DNA of 64,000 bases from Bdellovibrionales bacterium (GCA_027317865.1 DAHVQG010000004.1:150563-214562), one strand, 5' to 3'; shown: positions 21,974 through 36,589, numbered from the stretch's first letter. Numbers and translations are program-made. The notes: a model not told the origin generated them from the letters alone.

Positions 21974-23083
21974 ATGAAAATACCTTTTATTGATCTTAAA
22001 ACTCAGTACCAAGCGCTTAAAAACGACATCGATGAACGCATTCATCGCGTCTTAGAGCACGGCCAATTCATCATGGGGCCTGAAGTTAAAGAATGTGAAG
22101 AAGAACTAAAAAAATTAGTCGGCAGTAAACATGCGATTGTCTGTTCAAACGGTACGATTGCACTTCAAATGGCGCTTATGGCGCTGGGGATCGGTCCTGG
22201 CGACGAAGTCATCACAACGTCGTTTTCATTTATTGCCACCGCCGAAGTTTTGCTTTTGGTCGGAGCAGTTCCGGTTTTTGTCGATATAGATCCTCAAACG
22301 TACAATATTGATCCTAAAAAAATCGCAGCGGCCATCACTCCAAAAACAAAGGCCATTTTGCCCGTTTCGCTTTATGGGCAACCGGCGGATATGGACGAAA
22401 TCAATCTCATCGCGAAAAAACATAATTTGTACGTAATTGAAGATGCCGCCCAAAGTTTCGGCGCTCCGTACAAAAAGCTTCGTAGCGGAAATTTAAGTGA
22501 TGTTGGTTGCACAAGCTTTTTCCCGGCTAAACCATTGGGCTGCTATGGCGACGGCGGAGCGGTTTTCACCAACGACTCCGATTTAGCTGAAAAATTAAAT
22601 TCGATCCGGATGCACGGGATGGGAACGCATCGCTATCAACACTCTTGCGTCGGACTCAACGGGCGTCTTGATAGTATTCAATGTGCTGTCTTAACTGTAA
22701 AGCTTCGACGATACCCTTGGGAGATTGAACGCCGTAATTTTATTGCCGCCCGATACTCGCAAGCGTTTTCTGAACTCTCAAACCACGGTGTTCGAACGCC
22801 GAAAATCGCGGCAGAACGAACTTCCGTCTGGGCTCAATACACACTTTGGGTACCCGACCGATCCACATTTCAGACAAAACTCCAAGAAAAAGGAGTTCCG
22901 ACAGCCATTCACTACCCGATGGCAATGCCCGATCAAGATGCATATAAAAACGCCGGCCGGGTTCTTGATATTCAAAATGCGCGAACCTCAGCTGAACACG
23001 TCATTAGTTTACCGATGTTTCCCGACATGACGACTGACATTCAAGATCAAATAATTGAAGCCGTACGTTCCGTTTATATTTAA
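21974..23083 (+). CDS. DegT/DnrJ/EryC1/StrS sugar aminotransferase (WbpE-like)
   Basis: IEDAAQSFG, SFFPAKPLGCYGDGG, NGRLDSIQ, SLPMFP. Confidence 0.92.
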   Translation: MKIPFIDLKTQYQALKNDIDERIHRVLEHGQFIMGPEVKECEEELKKLVGSKHAIVCSNGTIALQMALMALGIGPGDEVITTSFSFIATAEVLLLVGAVPVFVDIDPQTYNIDPKKIAAAITPKTKAILPVSLYGQPADMDEINLIAKKHNLYVIEDAAQSFGAPYKKLRSGNLSDVGCTSFFPAKPLGCYGDGGAVFTNDSDLAEKLNSIRMHGMGTHRYQHSCVGLNGRLDSIQCAVLTVKLRRYPWEIERRNFIAARYSQAFSELSNHGVRTPKIAAERTSVWAQYTLWVPDRSTFQTKLQEKGVPTAIHYPMAMPDQDAYKNAGRVLDIQNARTSAEHVISLPMFPDMTTDIQDQIIEAVRSVYI

Positions 23084-23105
23084 TTGAACCGCAAAGGGCA
23101 GAGCC

Positions 23106-23633
23106 GTGACGTTACTCCTCAAACAAATATTTGGATTCGTCAAACTTCTCAATTCTGAAACCGGTACTAATCAAATTGCCGCCGGCATTGCTGCTGGATT
23201 TGTTCTTGGCATGACCCCGTTTTTTAGCCTGCAATCGATTCTCATCTTTCTTTGTTTATTTCTTTTTCGCGTTCAAATTGGCGCCGCATTTATCGCGGCA
23301 TTCTTTTTTAAATTTGTAGCTTACTTGTTTGACCCTGCGTTTGATTCGATCGGCGGTATGATCCTGCAAATGCATTCGCTTAGCGGCGTGTTTACAGATA
23401 TGTACAACATGCCAATTGTGCCACTGACCCGGTTTAATAATACAATTGTCATGGGTTCGGGAGTTGTCTCGCTGATCCTAGCGCCATTTGTTTACCTCGG
23501 CAGCCGGATTGGCGTTATCAAATACCGAGCTACTGTAGTTGCCCGCATCAAAGGTTCAAAGCTTTGGCATGCATTGAAAGCCACTTCACTTTTTAAATGG
23601 TACTACAAATATGACCAACTCACCCATCGATGA
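23106..23633 (+). CDS. TIGR03546-like membrane protein
   Basis: LNSET..QIAAGIA.GF.LG, LTRFNNTIVMGS; paired with downstream gene. Confidence 0.8.
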   Translation: MTLLLKQIFGFVKLLNSETGTNQIAAGIAAGFVLGMTPFFSLQSILIFLCLFLFRVQIGAAFIAAFFFKFVAYLFDPAFDSIGGMILQMHSLSGVFTDMYNMPIVPLTRFNNTIVMGSGVVSLILAPFVYLGSRIGVIKYRATVVARIKGSKLWHALKATSLFKWYYKYDQLTHR

Positions 23634-25572
23634 CGCTACCCCAACGAACACATTGCCTAAGCCTAAGGGTCCAATTCGAACCGGAGCCGTGATCCCCACT
23701 GTCATTTTGCTCCTCATTTGTTTTGTTTTTTTTCATTTTTTTTTCGACTGGAGCTTTAAACGGGCTCTCACATGGACCGGCTCTCATTTTTACGGTGCTG
23801 AAGTCGACATTCATTCGCTTAAAACCAGTTTTTGGCATGGATCAATTCAAATTCGCGGCATTGAACTCACGGACAAACAAAATCCAGCCCTTGATTTTCT
23901 TCGCATCGGTGAAATTCATTTCGGTTTTCTTTGGGACGCGCTTTTGCGTCTGAAATTTGTTGTCAACAATGCGGGGGTTGACGGAATCGCTCTTTACGCC
24001 CCACGAGTTCACCCGGGGTGGTTAAAACCTTCTCCAAAACCATCTTCTGGTAAAACTTTGAAATCAAACACATCCGCTGAAAGTATTGGCAATTCGGTTG
24101 TCAGTCAGGTCAAAAAACTTTCACCCGGCGATACGCTCAGCGGACTTGCCGGCCTTTTGCAAGGAACAAAGCAAGAGGCGCTCGTTAAAGACCTTCAAGG
24201 AGGCTTAAAGTCCGAAGCGCGCATCAAAGAACTGCAAACCGAAATCAAGCAAAAACAAAAGGAGTGGCAGCAGAAATTTGCAGCACTCCCGCAAAAAAAG
24301 GATTTTATAAATCTCATTAATCGTGCAAAAGCGTTAAAATTTAACCCGCGAAACCCGAAACAGTTCGCCGAAAATCTCCAACAGGCAGCTGAGATAAAAA
24401 GTGAACTCGATCAAAAACTCAAACAAATCAAGGGCACAACTGACGCGTTTCAATATGATGTTCGAAACTTAACCGCACAGTACAAAGGCATAGACCAACT
24501 GGTGCAACAAGACATAGCCGACACCGAAGCGAGTTTGCATATTGGCAACCTTGACGCAAAAACACTTACCCAGGCACTTTTCATGAATTGGCTAGCGCAA
24601 AAGCTCGGCGCATACGCCAAGTACATGTCGCTCGCGCGCGAGTATATGCCGGCAGTTAAAAAATCGAGCTCAAAAAAATCCAGCAAATCTTCAAGTTTCT
24701 TTATGGCACACGCGCGAAGCCACGGTCGCACATTCCGATTTCCAATTACGACAGGTTATCCACTTTTTTGGCTAAAACGAGCGGATATAAGCTCTAAAGC
24801 GACTGCCTCCGGATTTTCTGGCAATATTACCGGGTCCCTCACCAACGTTACCACCGATCCCGCAATTGTTGGGCAACCGGCGGTGCTCGATGTGAAGGGT
24901 GACTTCCCTAAAGCGGATGTTTACAAAATCCATCTCAATGTCACAATCAATCATGTGCATAAGCCGCTCGATACCATGAAGTTATCCGTCGGCTCGTATC
25001 CAGTTTCGGCAATGAAACTTGTCAACAGTTCGAGTTTACACCTCGGTTTGAAAAATGCCGAAGGTAACTCCCTTATTCGCGCAGCCTACAACGATCAAAC
25101 CTTAAATTTTAACTTACAAAATACCTATACAAACGTTATTTACAATATTCGCTCACCCTCGACGCAGGTAAAGCAAATTTTAGACCAGATTCTAACGGGC
25201 ATCACGACTGTAACTCTTGATGCTTCAGCAACGGGATCTCTTGATCATTTAAATATCGGGATGAATTCAAATATGGGCAGCGCTTTGGCCAACGGGTTAC
25301 GTCGTTACGTTCAACAGCAATTGAATGAATTGCAAGCGAAAATCAAATCCACAATTGAAAATCGCATAGCCGGATCTAAGGAGCAACTCGCTAAACAAAT
25401 GGGCGCCGCTCAAAATCAATTCGAAAAACTATTAAACTCTAAAAATAGTGAAGTTCGATCGGCACAGAATACAATTTTGCACCAAACTACTGGCCGTGGT
25501 TCATCCCTCAACAACGCTGCCAATCAGCTCAAAAAAGCGGCCCAACACCTCCTTAAGGGCCTGCATTTTTGA
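23611..25572 (+). CDS. TIGR03545-like protein (N-terminal TM, AsmA-like beta region, helical middle)
   Basis: GAEVDI, GRTFRFP, YPLFWLKRADIS, C-terminal SNMG..L; coupled to the TIGR03546-like gene. Confidence 0.75.
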   Translation: MTNSPIDDATPTNTLPKPKGPIRTGAVIPTVILLLICFVFFHFFFDWSFKRALTWTGSHFYGAEVDIHSLKTSFWHGSIQIRGIELTDKQNPALDFLRIGEIHFGFLWDALLRLKFVVNNAGVDGIALYAPRVHPGWLKPSPKPSSGKTLKSNTSAESIGNSVVSQVKKLSPGDTLSGLAGLLQGTKQEALVKDLQGGLKSEARIKELQTEIKQKQKEWQQKFAALPQKKDFINLINRAKALKFNPRNPKQFAENLQQAAEIKSELDQKLKQIKGTTDAFQYDVRNLTAQYKGIDQLVQQDIADTEASLHIGNLDAKTLTQALFMNWLAQKLGAYAKYMSLAREYMPAVKKSSSKKSSKSSSFFMAHARSHGRTFRFPITTGYPLFWLKRADISSKATASGFSGNITGSLTNVTTDPAIVGQPAVLDVKGDFPKADVYKIHLNVTINHVHKPLDTMKLSVGSYPVSAMKLVNSSSLHLGLKNAEGNSLIRAAYNDQTLNFNLQNTYTNVIYNIRSPSTQVKQILDQILTGITTVTLDASATGSLDHLNIGMNSNMGSALANGLRRYVQQQLNELQAKIKSTIENRIAGSKEQLAKQMGAAQNQFEKLLNSKNSEVRSAQNTILHQTTGRGSSLNNAANQLKKAAQHLLKGLHF

Positions 25573-26219
25573 ACCTGTCAGAGCTTGAATCTTTAACACT
25601 TCCGCCACATTTGAATCGAATGGCGCCGCCTGACTTTTCGGCTTTGAATTTTACGAATTGGCGAAATACGAGTGCTCCATTTGCAATCGAAATCGGGTGT
25701 GGCGTCGGATACCACCCCATTCAATGGGCAAAACAAAATGTAAATTGCCAAATTCTCGCTATAGAAAGAACGAAAATAAAATTTGAAAAATTCTGCCGGC
25801 GGCTATCTCAGCATGCTAGTTTAGAACAACAGATTTTTGCGGCCCACGCCGACGCCAATCGCCTGCTGCCCCATCTTTTAACTTTAAATTCAGTTGATAA
25901 TTATTTTTTGCTTTATCCAAATCCAGAGCCGAAGCGTCGCAATCATCGCATCGCCTTTTCAACTCTGACAAAAATTGTGGTCGCAACTTTAAAACCACAC
26001 GGCCGGTTGACTATAGCCACAAATATTGAAAATTACGCAAACGAAGTCCGTCATTGGTTGCCGCTTAAATTTTCGCTTATTCTTGAGCGCGAAGCAAAAA
26101 TAATCAAAGATGATCTTTTATCCGGGCGACACCGTTTTCGATCTCATTTTGAAAAGAAATATCTCGATCGAGGTGATTGTTGCTACAATTTCGAATTCCG
26201 AAAAACAAACCCGTATTAG
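25569..26219 (+). CDS. TrmB-like SAM-dependent methyltransferase
   Basis: IEIGCGVG, AIERT, LYPNPEPKRRNHR, SHFEKKY. Confidence 0.75.
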   Translation: MNLSELESLTLPPHLNRMAPPDFSALNFTNWRNTSAPFAIEIGCGVGYHPIQWAKQNVNCQILAIERTKIKFEKFCRRLSQHASLEQQIFAAHADANRLLPHLLTLNSVDNYFLLYPNPEPKRRNHRIAFSTLTKIVVATLKPHGRLTIATNIENYANEVRHWLPLKFSLILEREAKIIKDDLLSGRHRFRSHFEKKYLDRGDCCYNFEFRKTNPY

Positions 26220-26231
26220 TAATACCGACGT

Positions 26232-27434
26232 TTAGTATCTCGGACATTCGTAAGAGAACGTTACTTGCACGCCAAGCGGAATATTTGAAAAAGTCACTCG
26301 ATTCTGACTATCAATGGAATAACTAATTTGACTCATATATTGAGCAGGGCTTGTCGATATTGATATTGTTTTTGGGTCGGGTGTGCACGCAAGTTGAATG
26401 GGATTATTTTGCGTGTGCTGAGCCACCAGTGAGCCGATATTTGAAAGTTGTTGTGAATAGCTTTGATAATACGGCGACGAATCCAAACAAATATCACCGA
26501 CGTCTCCGGGTACAATGTTTCCAAGAGATGTAAGTGACGAGTTCGCTTGAGACAGGTCCATATAAGTGGTGCCGATAATTCCCCACGTTTCGATACCATT
26601 AGGATTCGTCACGGTGTTTGCTTGCACACACTGCACATTCGGAACCACAATCGAATTTACACTAAATGATTGGGTCGGAAATTTTGATGCCATATTCTGC
26701 ACAAGCGTTGCCGGTTCATCATTAAGATAATCGGAGCCACAGTTCTCAGGTGATACGCCGTTTTCACATTCGTCGGAGTCAGATACAACAACCACGGCAA
26801 GAGGCGCCCCCGGTCGAAAGAAATTGTTTTGATCACGGTTAATGGCATCATTTACCGCATAAATTCCGCGCGGAACATCCGATGGACAGTCGTTCGGGCT
26901 AAAATCACTATTTTCACAGTTCAACGTTTCTTGCCGTTGAATCGTACCTGCAAACAAATCATTTGCATTTGGTGTGCTTGGGGTTAGCACATAATCTCCA
27001 GACGGGTTTCCACTTGTATCAGTGAACTCAAGAAACTTGCCATCTTGAAAGGCCCCATTTCCGTTAGCTGCATTAAGCGGATCGACCTGCCCCGTTACCG
27101 GATTAATACTCGTTGAAATATCCGTCGTAACTACGGCGATCTGATAGTTAAGATTAGAGATACTCGCCAAAAAGTTTGAAAAAGCCGAGGCAATCCCAGT
27201 TTGGATTTTGTACATCGACCCGGAGTTGTCATCGACAAATAAGATGTCAACGTCGCCAGTTTGAAAGGTAAATGAGTAATTAAGATTTTGTCCCTGAACC
27301 GTACAGCTAGTACCGCTCGAGTAATTGCCTGAACTACAAGACTGTTTCGGAATACTTTGAAATCCGACATTGGAACATCCGACTATTGCAATCGGAGCAG
27401 TAAATAATAATAAAAGAGTGCGGAAGTATTTCAT
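26232..27434 (-). CDS. Cys-rich lipoprotein with vWA/MIDAS-like domain
   Basis: Lipobox IVGC; VDILFVDDNSGSM (DxSxS); IAVVTTD; FFRPGAPLAVVVVSD. Confidence 0.75.
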   Translation of the reverse strand: MKYFRTLLLLFTAPIAIVGCSNVGFQSIPKQSCSSGNYSSGTSCTVQGQNLNYSFTFQTGDVDILFVDDNSGSMYKIQTGIASAFSNFLASISNLNYQIAVVTTDISTSINPVTGQVDPLNAANGNGAFQDGKFLEFTDTSGNPSGDYVLTPSTPNANDLFAGTIQRQETLNCENSDFSPNDCPSDVPRGIYAVNDAINRDQNNFFRPGAPLAVVVVSDSDECENGVSPENCGSDYLNDEPATLVQNMASKFPTQSFSVNSIVVPNVQCVQANTVTNPNGIETWGIIGTTYMDLSQANSSLTSLGNIVPGDVGDICLDSSPYYQSYSQQLSNIGSLVAQHTQNNPIQLACTPDPKTISISTSPAQYMSQISYSIDSQNRVTFSNIPLGVQVTFSYECPRY

Positions 27435-27462
27435 TTTAACTCCAACCTAATCCACACTCACT

Positions 27463-27477
27463 TCAATTGCTGTGCCA
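27463..27477 (-). promoter_or_regulatory. Putative sigma54 (-24/-12) promoter
   Basis: TGGCAC-AGCAA-TTGA, about 30 nt upstream of ATG 27434. Confidence 0.6.
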
Positions 27478-27723
27478 GAAAAACCTTGTGCTAATCTGTT
27501 GGAATTGCTTGAGAAATCTCACGTAATCAAAAATAAGTTACAGGCCCTAAATGTCGATTATTTCGACATAGAAATCGCAAAAGAATAAAAACCACATGTA
27601 ATATTCGCTAGTTACGATTTATATATAGAATTGTCTTTGGCAATTTTTGTCACCGCCAAAATTATTTAATTTATCAGTTCCGTTGCTAGCATTAGACTAG
27701 AATTCGATTCGGAGACTTATAAT

Positions 27724-28140
27724 ATGGATGCGCTCAAACGTTTTTTTTCGCTCATCTTTCTTTTGGCCTCACTCGCACTAATAATTTATGCCATTGGGAT
27801 AGTTGGCAAAAAGTTTCGATTTTCATCTACCACGCGGTTAGAAAGATTGTGGACTGCCGATTTAATTAACCTTGCAAAGGATGGCAAGCTGCCCGCACAG
27901 TGGAGTGAAATTCGTGAAATAGACAAGATCGCCGCAACGGGAGATAAACTTGCCGCGCGGTGGGTAAGCGACGTGAACGTGCCGATCAGAGTGAATCCGT
28001 CTGGCGATTACAAGCTTCAGATTTTATATCTATCACAAAGCAAACCGCCACATCTGAGAGCACTTATTCAATTAACACTCGTCCACATAAAGACGGGCAA
28101 TTCGATATGGGAACTCGATCGCACCTATAACCTTAAATAA
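27724..28140 (+). CDS. Hypothetical membrane-anchored protein
   Basis: GGAG SD, N-terminal TM, 138 aa. Confidence 0.7.
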   Translation: MDALKRFFSLIFLLASLALIIYAIGIVGKKFRFSSTTRLERLWTADLINLAKDGKLPAQWSEIREIDKIAATGDKLAARWVSDVNVPIRVNPSGDYKLQILYLSQSKPPHLRALIQLTLVHIKTGNSIWELDRTYNLK

Positions 28141-28160
28141 AAACTCTATCGTTAAAAAAT

Positions 28161-28190
28161 AAAAAACCCGGCTTGCAAAAACAAGCCGGG
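28161..28190 (-). terminator. rRNA operon terminator
   Basis: CCCGGCTTG-loop-CAAGCCGGG followed by a T-tract on the minus strand. Confidence 0.8.
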
Positions 28191-28203
28191 CGTAAAAGAA
28201 AAA

Positions 28204-28320
28204 GCTGGCATCGTGCTACTCTCCCACACGGTTACCCGTGCACTACCATCGCCGCTGACGGACTTTACTTCTGAGTTCGGAATGGGATCAGGTGTTGCCC
28301 CGTCGCTATAGACACCAGCA
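28204..28320 (-). rRNA. rrf: 5S rRNA
   Basis: Conserved CCATTCCGAACTCAGAAGTAAA, GATGGTAGT, GAGAGTAG; paired ends. Confidence 0.95.
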
Positions 28321-28409
28321 AATTTTTAAAGATCAAAAAACTAAAATTTTGGGTGGTCAATTTTCTGACCAACTCAAGTCATTCTTAGCAGGAGTAGAAA
28401 TCCATTTTT

Positions 28410-31406
<2,997 letters not shown>

Positions 31407-31530
31407 ATTGGATTTTATACCCTGCTAAGAATCACTTGAATTGATGTCCGATTTTGCAATGGACATCTACCCAAAATCTTAGTTTTTCTATCTTTCAGTT
31501 AATTTGCAAAATGCAAAAAAATAAATACCT

Positions 31531-31550
31531 ATTCAGTTTTCAAAGAACAA
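31531..31550 (-). promoter_or_regulatory. Spacer boxA antitermination element
   Basis: TGTTCTTTGAAAACTGAAT, nearly identical to the leader copy. Confidence 0.7.
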
Positions 31551-31579
31551 TGCGTGACCGCAACCTCAACTCAGTCGGT

Positions 31580-31656
<77 letters not shown>

Positions 31657-31752
31657 CTAGTCACACTGAAGGGCTTCACTCCTTCAAAACTAAACAGCTA
31701 GTCCTGATTTTGGGTTTGACCACAGAGTTCGATTCACATTGCTGTGAACCAA

Positions 31753-33266
<1,514 letters not shown>

Positions 33267-33390
33267 ATTAAAAAAGTTTGTTTTAGCTCAAATCATTTTA
33301 TCTCAAATATTTTGACCTTTGCTTGCATTTGCGCCGCTCATTCGAGCGGACAAAAATGCGCTAAGGACCCAAAATCTTTTTTTGGACTAG

Positions 33391-33411
33391 CTATTCAGTT
33401 TTCAAAGAGCG
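33391..33411 (-). promoter_or_regulatory. Leader boxA / 16S processing stem arm
   Basis: GCTCTTTGAAAACTGAATAG; complementary to the region near 31683-31704. Confidence 0.7.
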
Positions 33412-33574
33412 AATTTCCGAAGACATGCAGGTATATGTGAAACGCTCTAGCTGGTCAAGACTTTGACAAAAATATTTTTATAGGAATTTTTAGTATTCTT
33501 AGACAGTTGGCAATTTACACAAAAATGCCCAGCCTGTTGAGGATTTGGCCCGGTGGCTAGAATTACCGACCGGC

Positions 33575-34867
33575 TTACTGTTGGCGATTTAAGCCGGCAT
33601 GAAACGCGCGAACTTCAGGAGCTACACGAATTGATTTGGCGCTCCAACCTGTCAAATATAGACCTTGAGCCGACCGTATACGGCTCAGCGCCACATAAGC
33701 TTGCCCCGCTTCAAAGACTCGCGAAAGGTCCACCACCGCCGAATTTAAAGTCATGCCCTGGCACTTGTGAATCGTCGTCGCCCAAGCAAGATTGACCGGA
33801 AAATTTGTTGCCGAAGCAACGACTTCACCTTCCGGGTCTAAATATGAAAACGTCTCACGCTCAAGTTCAACTTCTTGGGGCGCAATTTGCTTGTCATCTC
33901 CCGCACCGTTTCGGTCCGAGATCAATTCTATTTTCAAAATATGCGAATCAAGTTTTTTAATTTTACCGAGCGTACCGTTTACGAAACGCAAGCGCGGATC
34001 ATTTTTTCTAATCATGACTAGTGCGCCCTCTTTCAAGCACAAAACCTCAGGTACGGGCGCTGTTCTTCGGATTTGATCGATGTATTTTTCAGCTCCGCTA
34101 TAAGCTGTTTCAAATTCACAAGATGTACCATTCAACTTTTTTAGGTGATCCAGATTGAAACGCTCCACGGAATGTCGATGGGGGAAGATATGAGTGCCGG
34201 AAAAATCGGGATGGATCTCGCGCATACGCGAATTTAAAAAATCCGTCACTTGCGCATTGATCTCACCATTACGAACATAATTGAGAACTTCTAAAAAATT
34301 GCCGTCGACAGTACGAACCAATGTTTTGAGATAGGCCACTTTAAAATGACTTAAATTCCACGCATCCGATTGAAAAGCCCAATCTTTTTCGGCGCCATAA
34401 GCATTCACTGGCGGGAGTTGACCAAAATCACCTACCGCAATGATTTTTATGCCGCCCCATGGGACGGATTTACTGCGCAGATTTCGGCAAATCATTTCAG
34501 CGGCAACCATTGCTTTACCGGAAATCATGCTAATTTCATCAATGACAACGAGTTGTGTGCGCTCGAGGCGCTTTTTTAAGCGTTTATCCTTTAACGCACG
34601 TGAAACGGTTTTTTCTAGGCCGCCTTCGAGAATCCCGAGGCCAAAAAAGCTGTGAAAAGTAACTCCCCCAACCAGTACCGCCGCAGCGCCTGTGCTCGCC
34701 ACAACCGCGTGAGTTTTTCGATTTTTTTCTTTCAAAAATTCTTGAAGTAAAAATGATTTACCTGAGCCGGCGGCTCCAGTTAAAAACACATTTTCAGGGC
34801 CATTTAAAACAGTAAGTGCCCGCTTTTGGCATTCCGTGAATTGCGTTTCGCGATTATTTTGAGTCAG
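33575..34867 (-). CDS. PIF1-family (SF1B) DNA helicase; probable CTG start
   Basis: NVFLTGAAGSGKS, ASTGAAA, TFHSFFGLG, IDEISM, GDFGQLPPV, LAWATTIHKCQGMTL, GQAYVALSR; frame open to CTG 34867. Confidence 0.9.
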   Translation of the reverse strand: MTQNNRETQFTECQKRALTVLNGPENVFLTGAAGSGKSFLLQEFLKEKNRKTHAVVASTGAAAVLVGGVTFHSFFGLGILEGGLEKTVSRALKDKRLKKRLERTQLVVIDEISMISGKAMVAAEMICRNLRSKSVPWGGIKIIAVGDFGQLPPVNAYGAEKDWAFQSDAWNLSHFKVAYLKTLVRTVDGNFLEVLNYVRNGEINAQVTDFLNSRMREIHPDFSGTHIFPHRHSVERFNLDHLKKLNGTSCEFETAYSGAEKYIDQIRRTAPVPEVLCLKEGALVMIRKNDPRLRFVNGTLGKIKKLDSHILKIELISDRNGAGDDKQIAPQEVELERETFSYLDPEGEVVASATNFPVNLAWATTIHKCQGMTLNSAVVDLSRVFEAGQAYVALSRIRSAQGLYLTGWSAKSIRVAPEVRAFHAGLNRQQ

Positions 34868-35375
34868 CGCTTAGACCCTTCATCCAAATGCTTTCGGCCT
34901 TTGGCGGCAACTGACGCATGTGACTTAAAAATGCGGCAAGTGTCCAAATTTGTTTGTCTGTCAAAATTGACTTCCACGACGGCATACCCGTCCATCTTGT
35001 GCCGTGCTTGATGACGACAAAATTTTCGTTGTCGGGCATATCCGGCGCGTGTTCTACAAATTGGGGCGCGGGCGGATATAGTCCTCGGCCAAACTTGCTA
35101 ACAGGATTTTGATGATCACCGTGGCAACCGGCACAATCGCTCATGTACATTTTCGTACCCGTGACGAGATTTGCCGACGTTGGTGGAACCGGGTTGGGAA
35201 TATTATGTTTAGTTCGTGCGATCCACATATCGACTACTTTATGTGCGAAGAAGGCTTCGATTCGAGTTGGTTTAATGTCGGCTCCCATATAGAGATGTCC
35301 GCCAAAAACGAAAATAGCGGCGGCCAAAGCGACGATAATACATAGCGCGGTTATTGTTGCATTAAATTTTGCCAT
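34854..35375 (-). CDS. Membrane-anchored mono-heme c-type cytochrome
   Basis: GGAGG SD, N-terminal TM, CAGCH, distal GMP. Confidence 0.88.
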   Translation of the reverse strand: MAKFNATITALCIIVALAAAIFVFGGHLYMGADIKPTRIEAFFAHKVVDMWIARTKHNIPNPVPPTSANLVTGTKMYMSDCAGCHGDHQNPVSKFGRGLYPPAPQFVEHAPDMPDNENFVVIKHGTRWTGMPSWKSILTDKQIWTLAAFLSHMRQLPPKAESIWMKGLSADSK

Positions 35376-35442
35376 AAACCCTCCTGCACCTATTGAAATT
35401 ACGATACTCGCTCCGTTAGAAAAGGCAAACTATAGGCGATGC

Positions 35443-35868
35443 TTAACGCCCAACTTCAGCATAACAATTTGCAGTTTCGTAAAGCCGGACCTTTGTAACC
35501 TCAATCTCTGTTCCGCGTAAACACGTGGGGCAAATTTCATCAAGCAGGTACGCGGCAAGATTTTCAGCCGTGGGATTGAAATCGCATACAAACACTGGCT
35601 TGTGTGATGGACATTTCTTAATGAACGAAAGAGCTGGGTCATCTTTAAAAAGCAGCATTGTGTGATCCCAATGCTCTTCGATCCATGAACCAACACTCTC
35701 TTTGATGGCCGCAAAATCGATCACACGACCAAGTTGATCGAGTTTCGCGGATTCACAAAATATATGAACTTCGTAACTATGGCCGTGTAGTGTCGCGCAT
35801 TTTGATTCGTGATGGACAAGCCGATGTCCCGCTTCAAATCTTAAAACTCTTACCGCCTGAATTTTCAT
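35443..35868 (-). CDS. queD: 6-carboxytetrahydropterin synthase
   Basis: FEAGHRL, CATLHGHSY, DFAAIK, WDH, NPTAENLA, LYET. Confidence 0.9.
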   Translation of the reverse strand: MKIQAVRVLRFEAGHRLVHHESKCATLHGHSYEVHIFCESAKLDQLGRVIDFAAIKESVGSWIEEHWDHTMLLFKDDPALSFIKKCPSHKPVFVCDFNPTAENLAAYLLDEICPTCLRGTEIEVTKVRLYETANCYAEVGR

Positions 35869-35913
35869 TTCGTGCATGCTATTGAATACTCAACCAAACG
35901 CAAGGGCTTAATT

Positions 35914-35989
<76 letters not shown>

Positions 35990-36058
35990 AAATTGTCGGT
36001 ACAGAGGATGAGATAACTGGCCTGACTCGGTCAAGTGAATTCGTGCGCTAAATTGCGA

Positions 36059-36589
36059 TTACGCCGACGCCTTTTGTTTCAGATTTGCGATCATATTTAG
36101 CCATGTCTTTTCGGCCTGAAGTTCAAATCCAACAGCTTCTGCCCCGTTTAGCACGGCATCAAATACCCGGCGGAGAACATCGACTTCTTCTGGAGCTGAG
36201 CCTTTGACGTTTAGACTCTCTTCGATCGCCTCTACGACACTGATCAGGTCTGGAGTCGTGACAACTTTCGGCAATTTTTTAAGATCGAGGCCGGCCGTTT
36301 CGGCCGGCTTAAATCCAACAAGACGATCCGTAATTAGTATTTTTTTGCCGTCAATAAAATTCACTTGCAAAAAATCCTGACCTTCGGAGTCCTGCCGTTC
36401 AAGCACCTCTTCGATGGCCTCGCACGAAAATCGTATTGTTTTACCGTCAGCCCGCTGAAAAATCGACATTATGCTGAGCTGGTCAGAGTTGTTGTTTAAA
36501 GGGCGCAGCTCTAATCCTTGAGATCGCTCAATGTAACTGACAATTATGTTTTGTGGCCGATATTCAACCGGCTTATGAGAGTGATCCAA
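36059..36589 (-). CDS. Hypothetical protein (start TTG 36589 or ATG 36469)
   Basis: GGGGAG SD before TTG 36589; globular-looking sequence (QVNFIDGKKILITDRLVGFKP...PKVVTTPDL). Confidence 0.7.
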   Translation of the reverse strand: MDHSHKPVEYRPQNIIVSYIERSQGLELRPLNNNSDQLSIMSIFQRADGKTIRFSCEAIEEVLERQDSEGQDFLQVNFIDGKKILITDRLVGFKPAETAGLDLKKLPKVVTTPDLISVVEAIEESLNVKGSAPEEVDVLRRVFDAVLNGAEAVGFELQAEKTWLNMIANLKQKASA

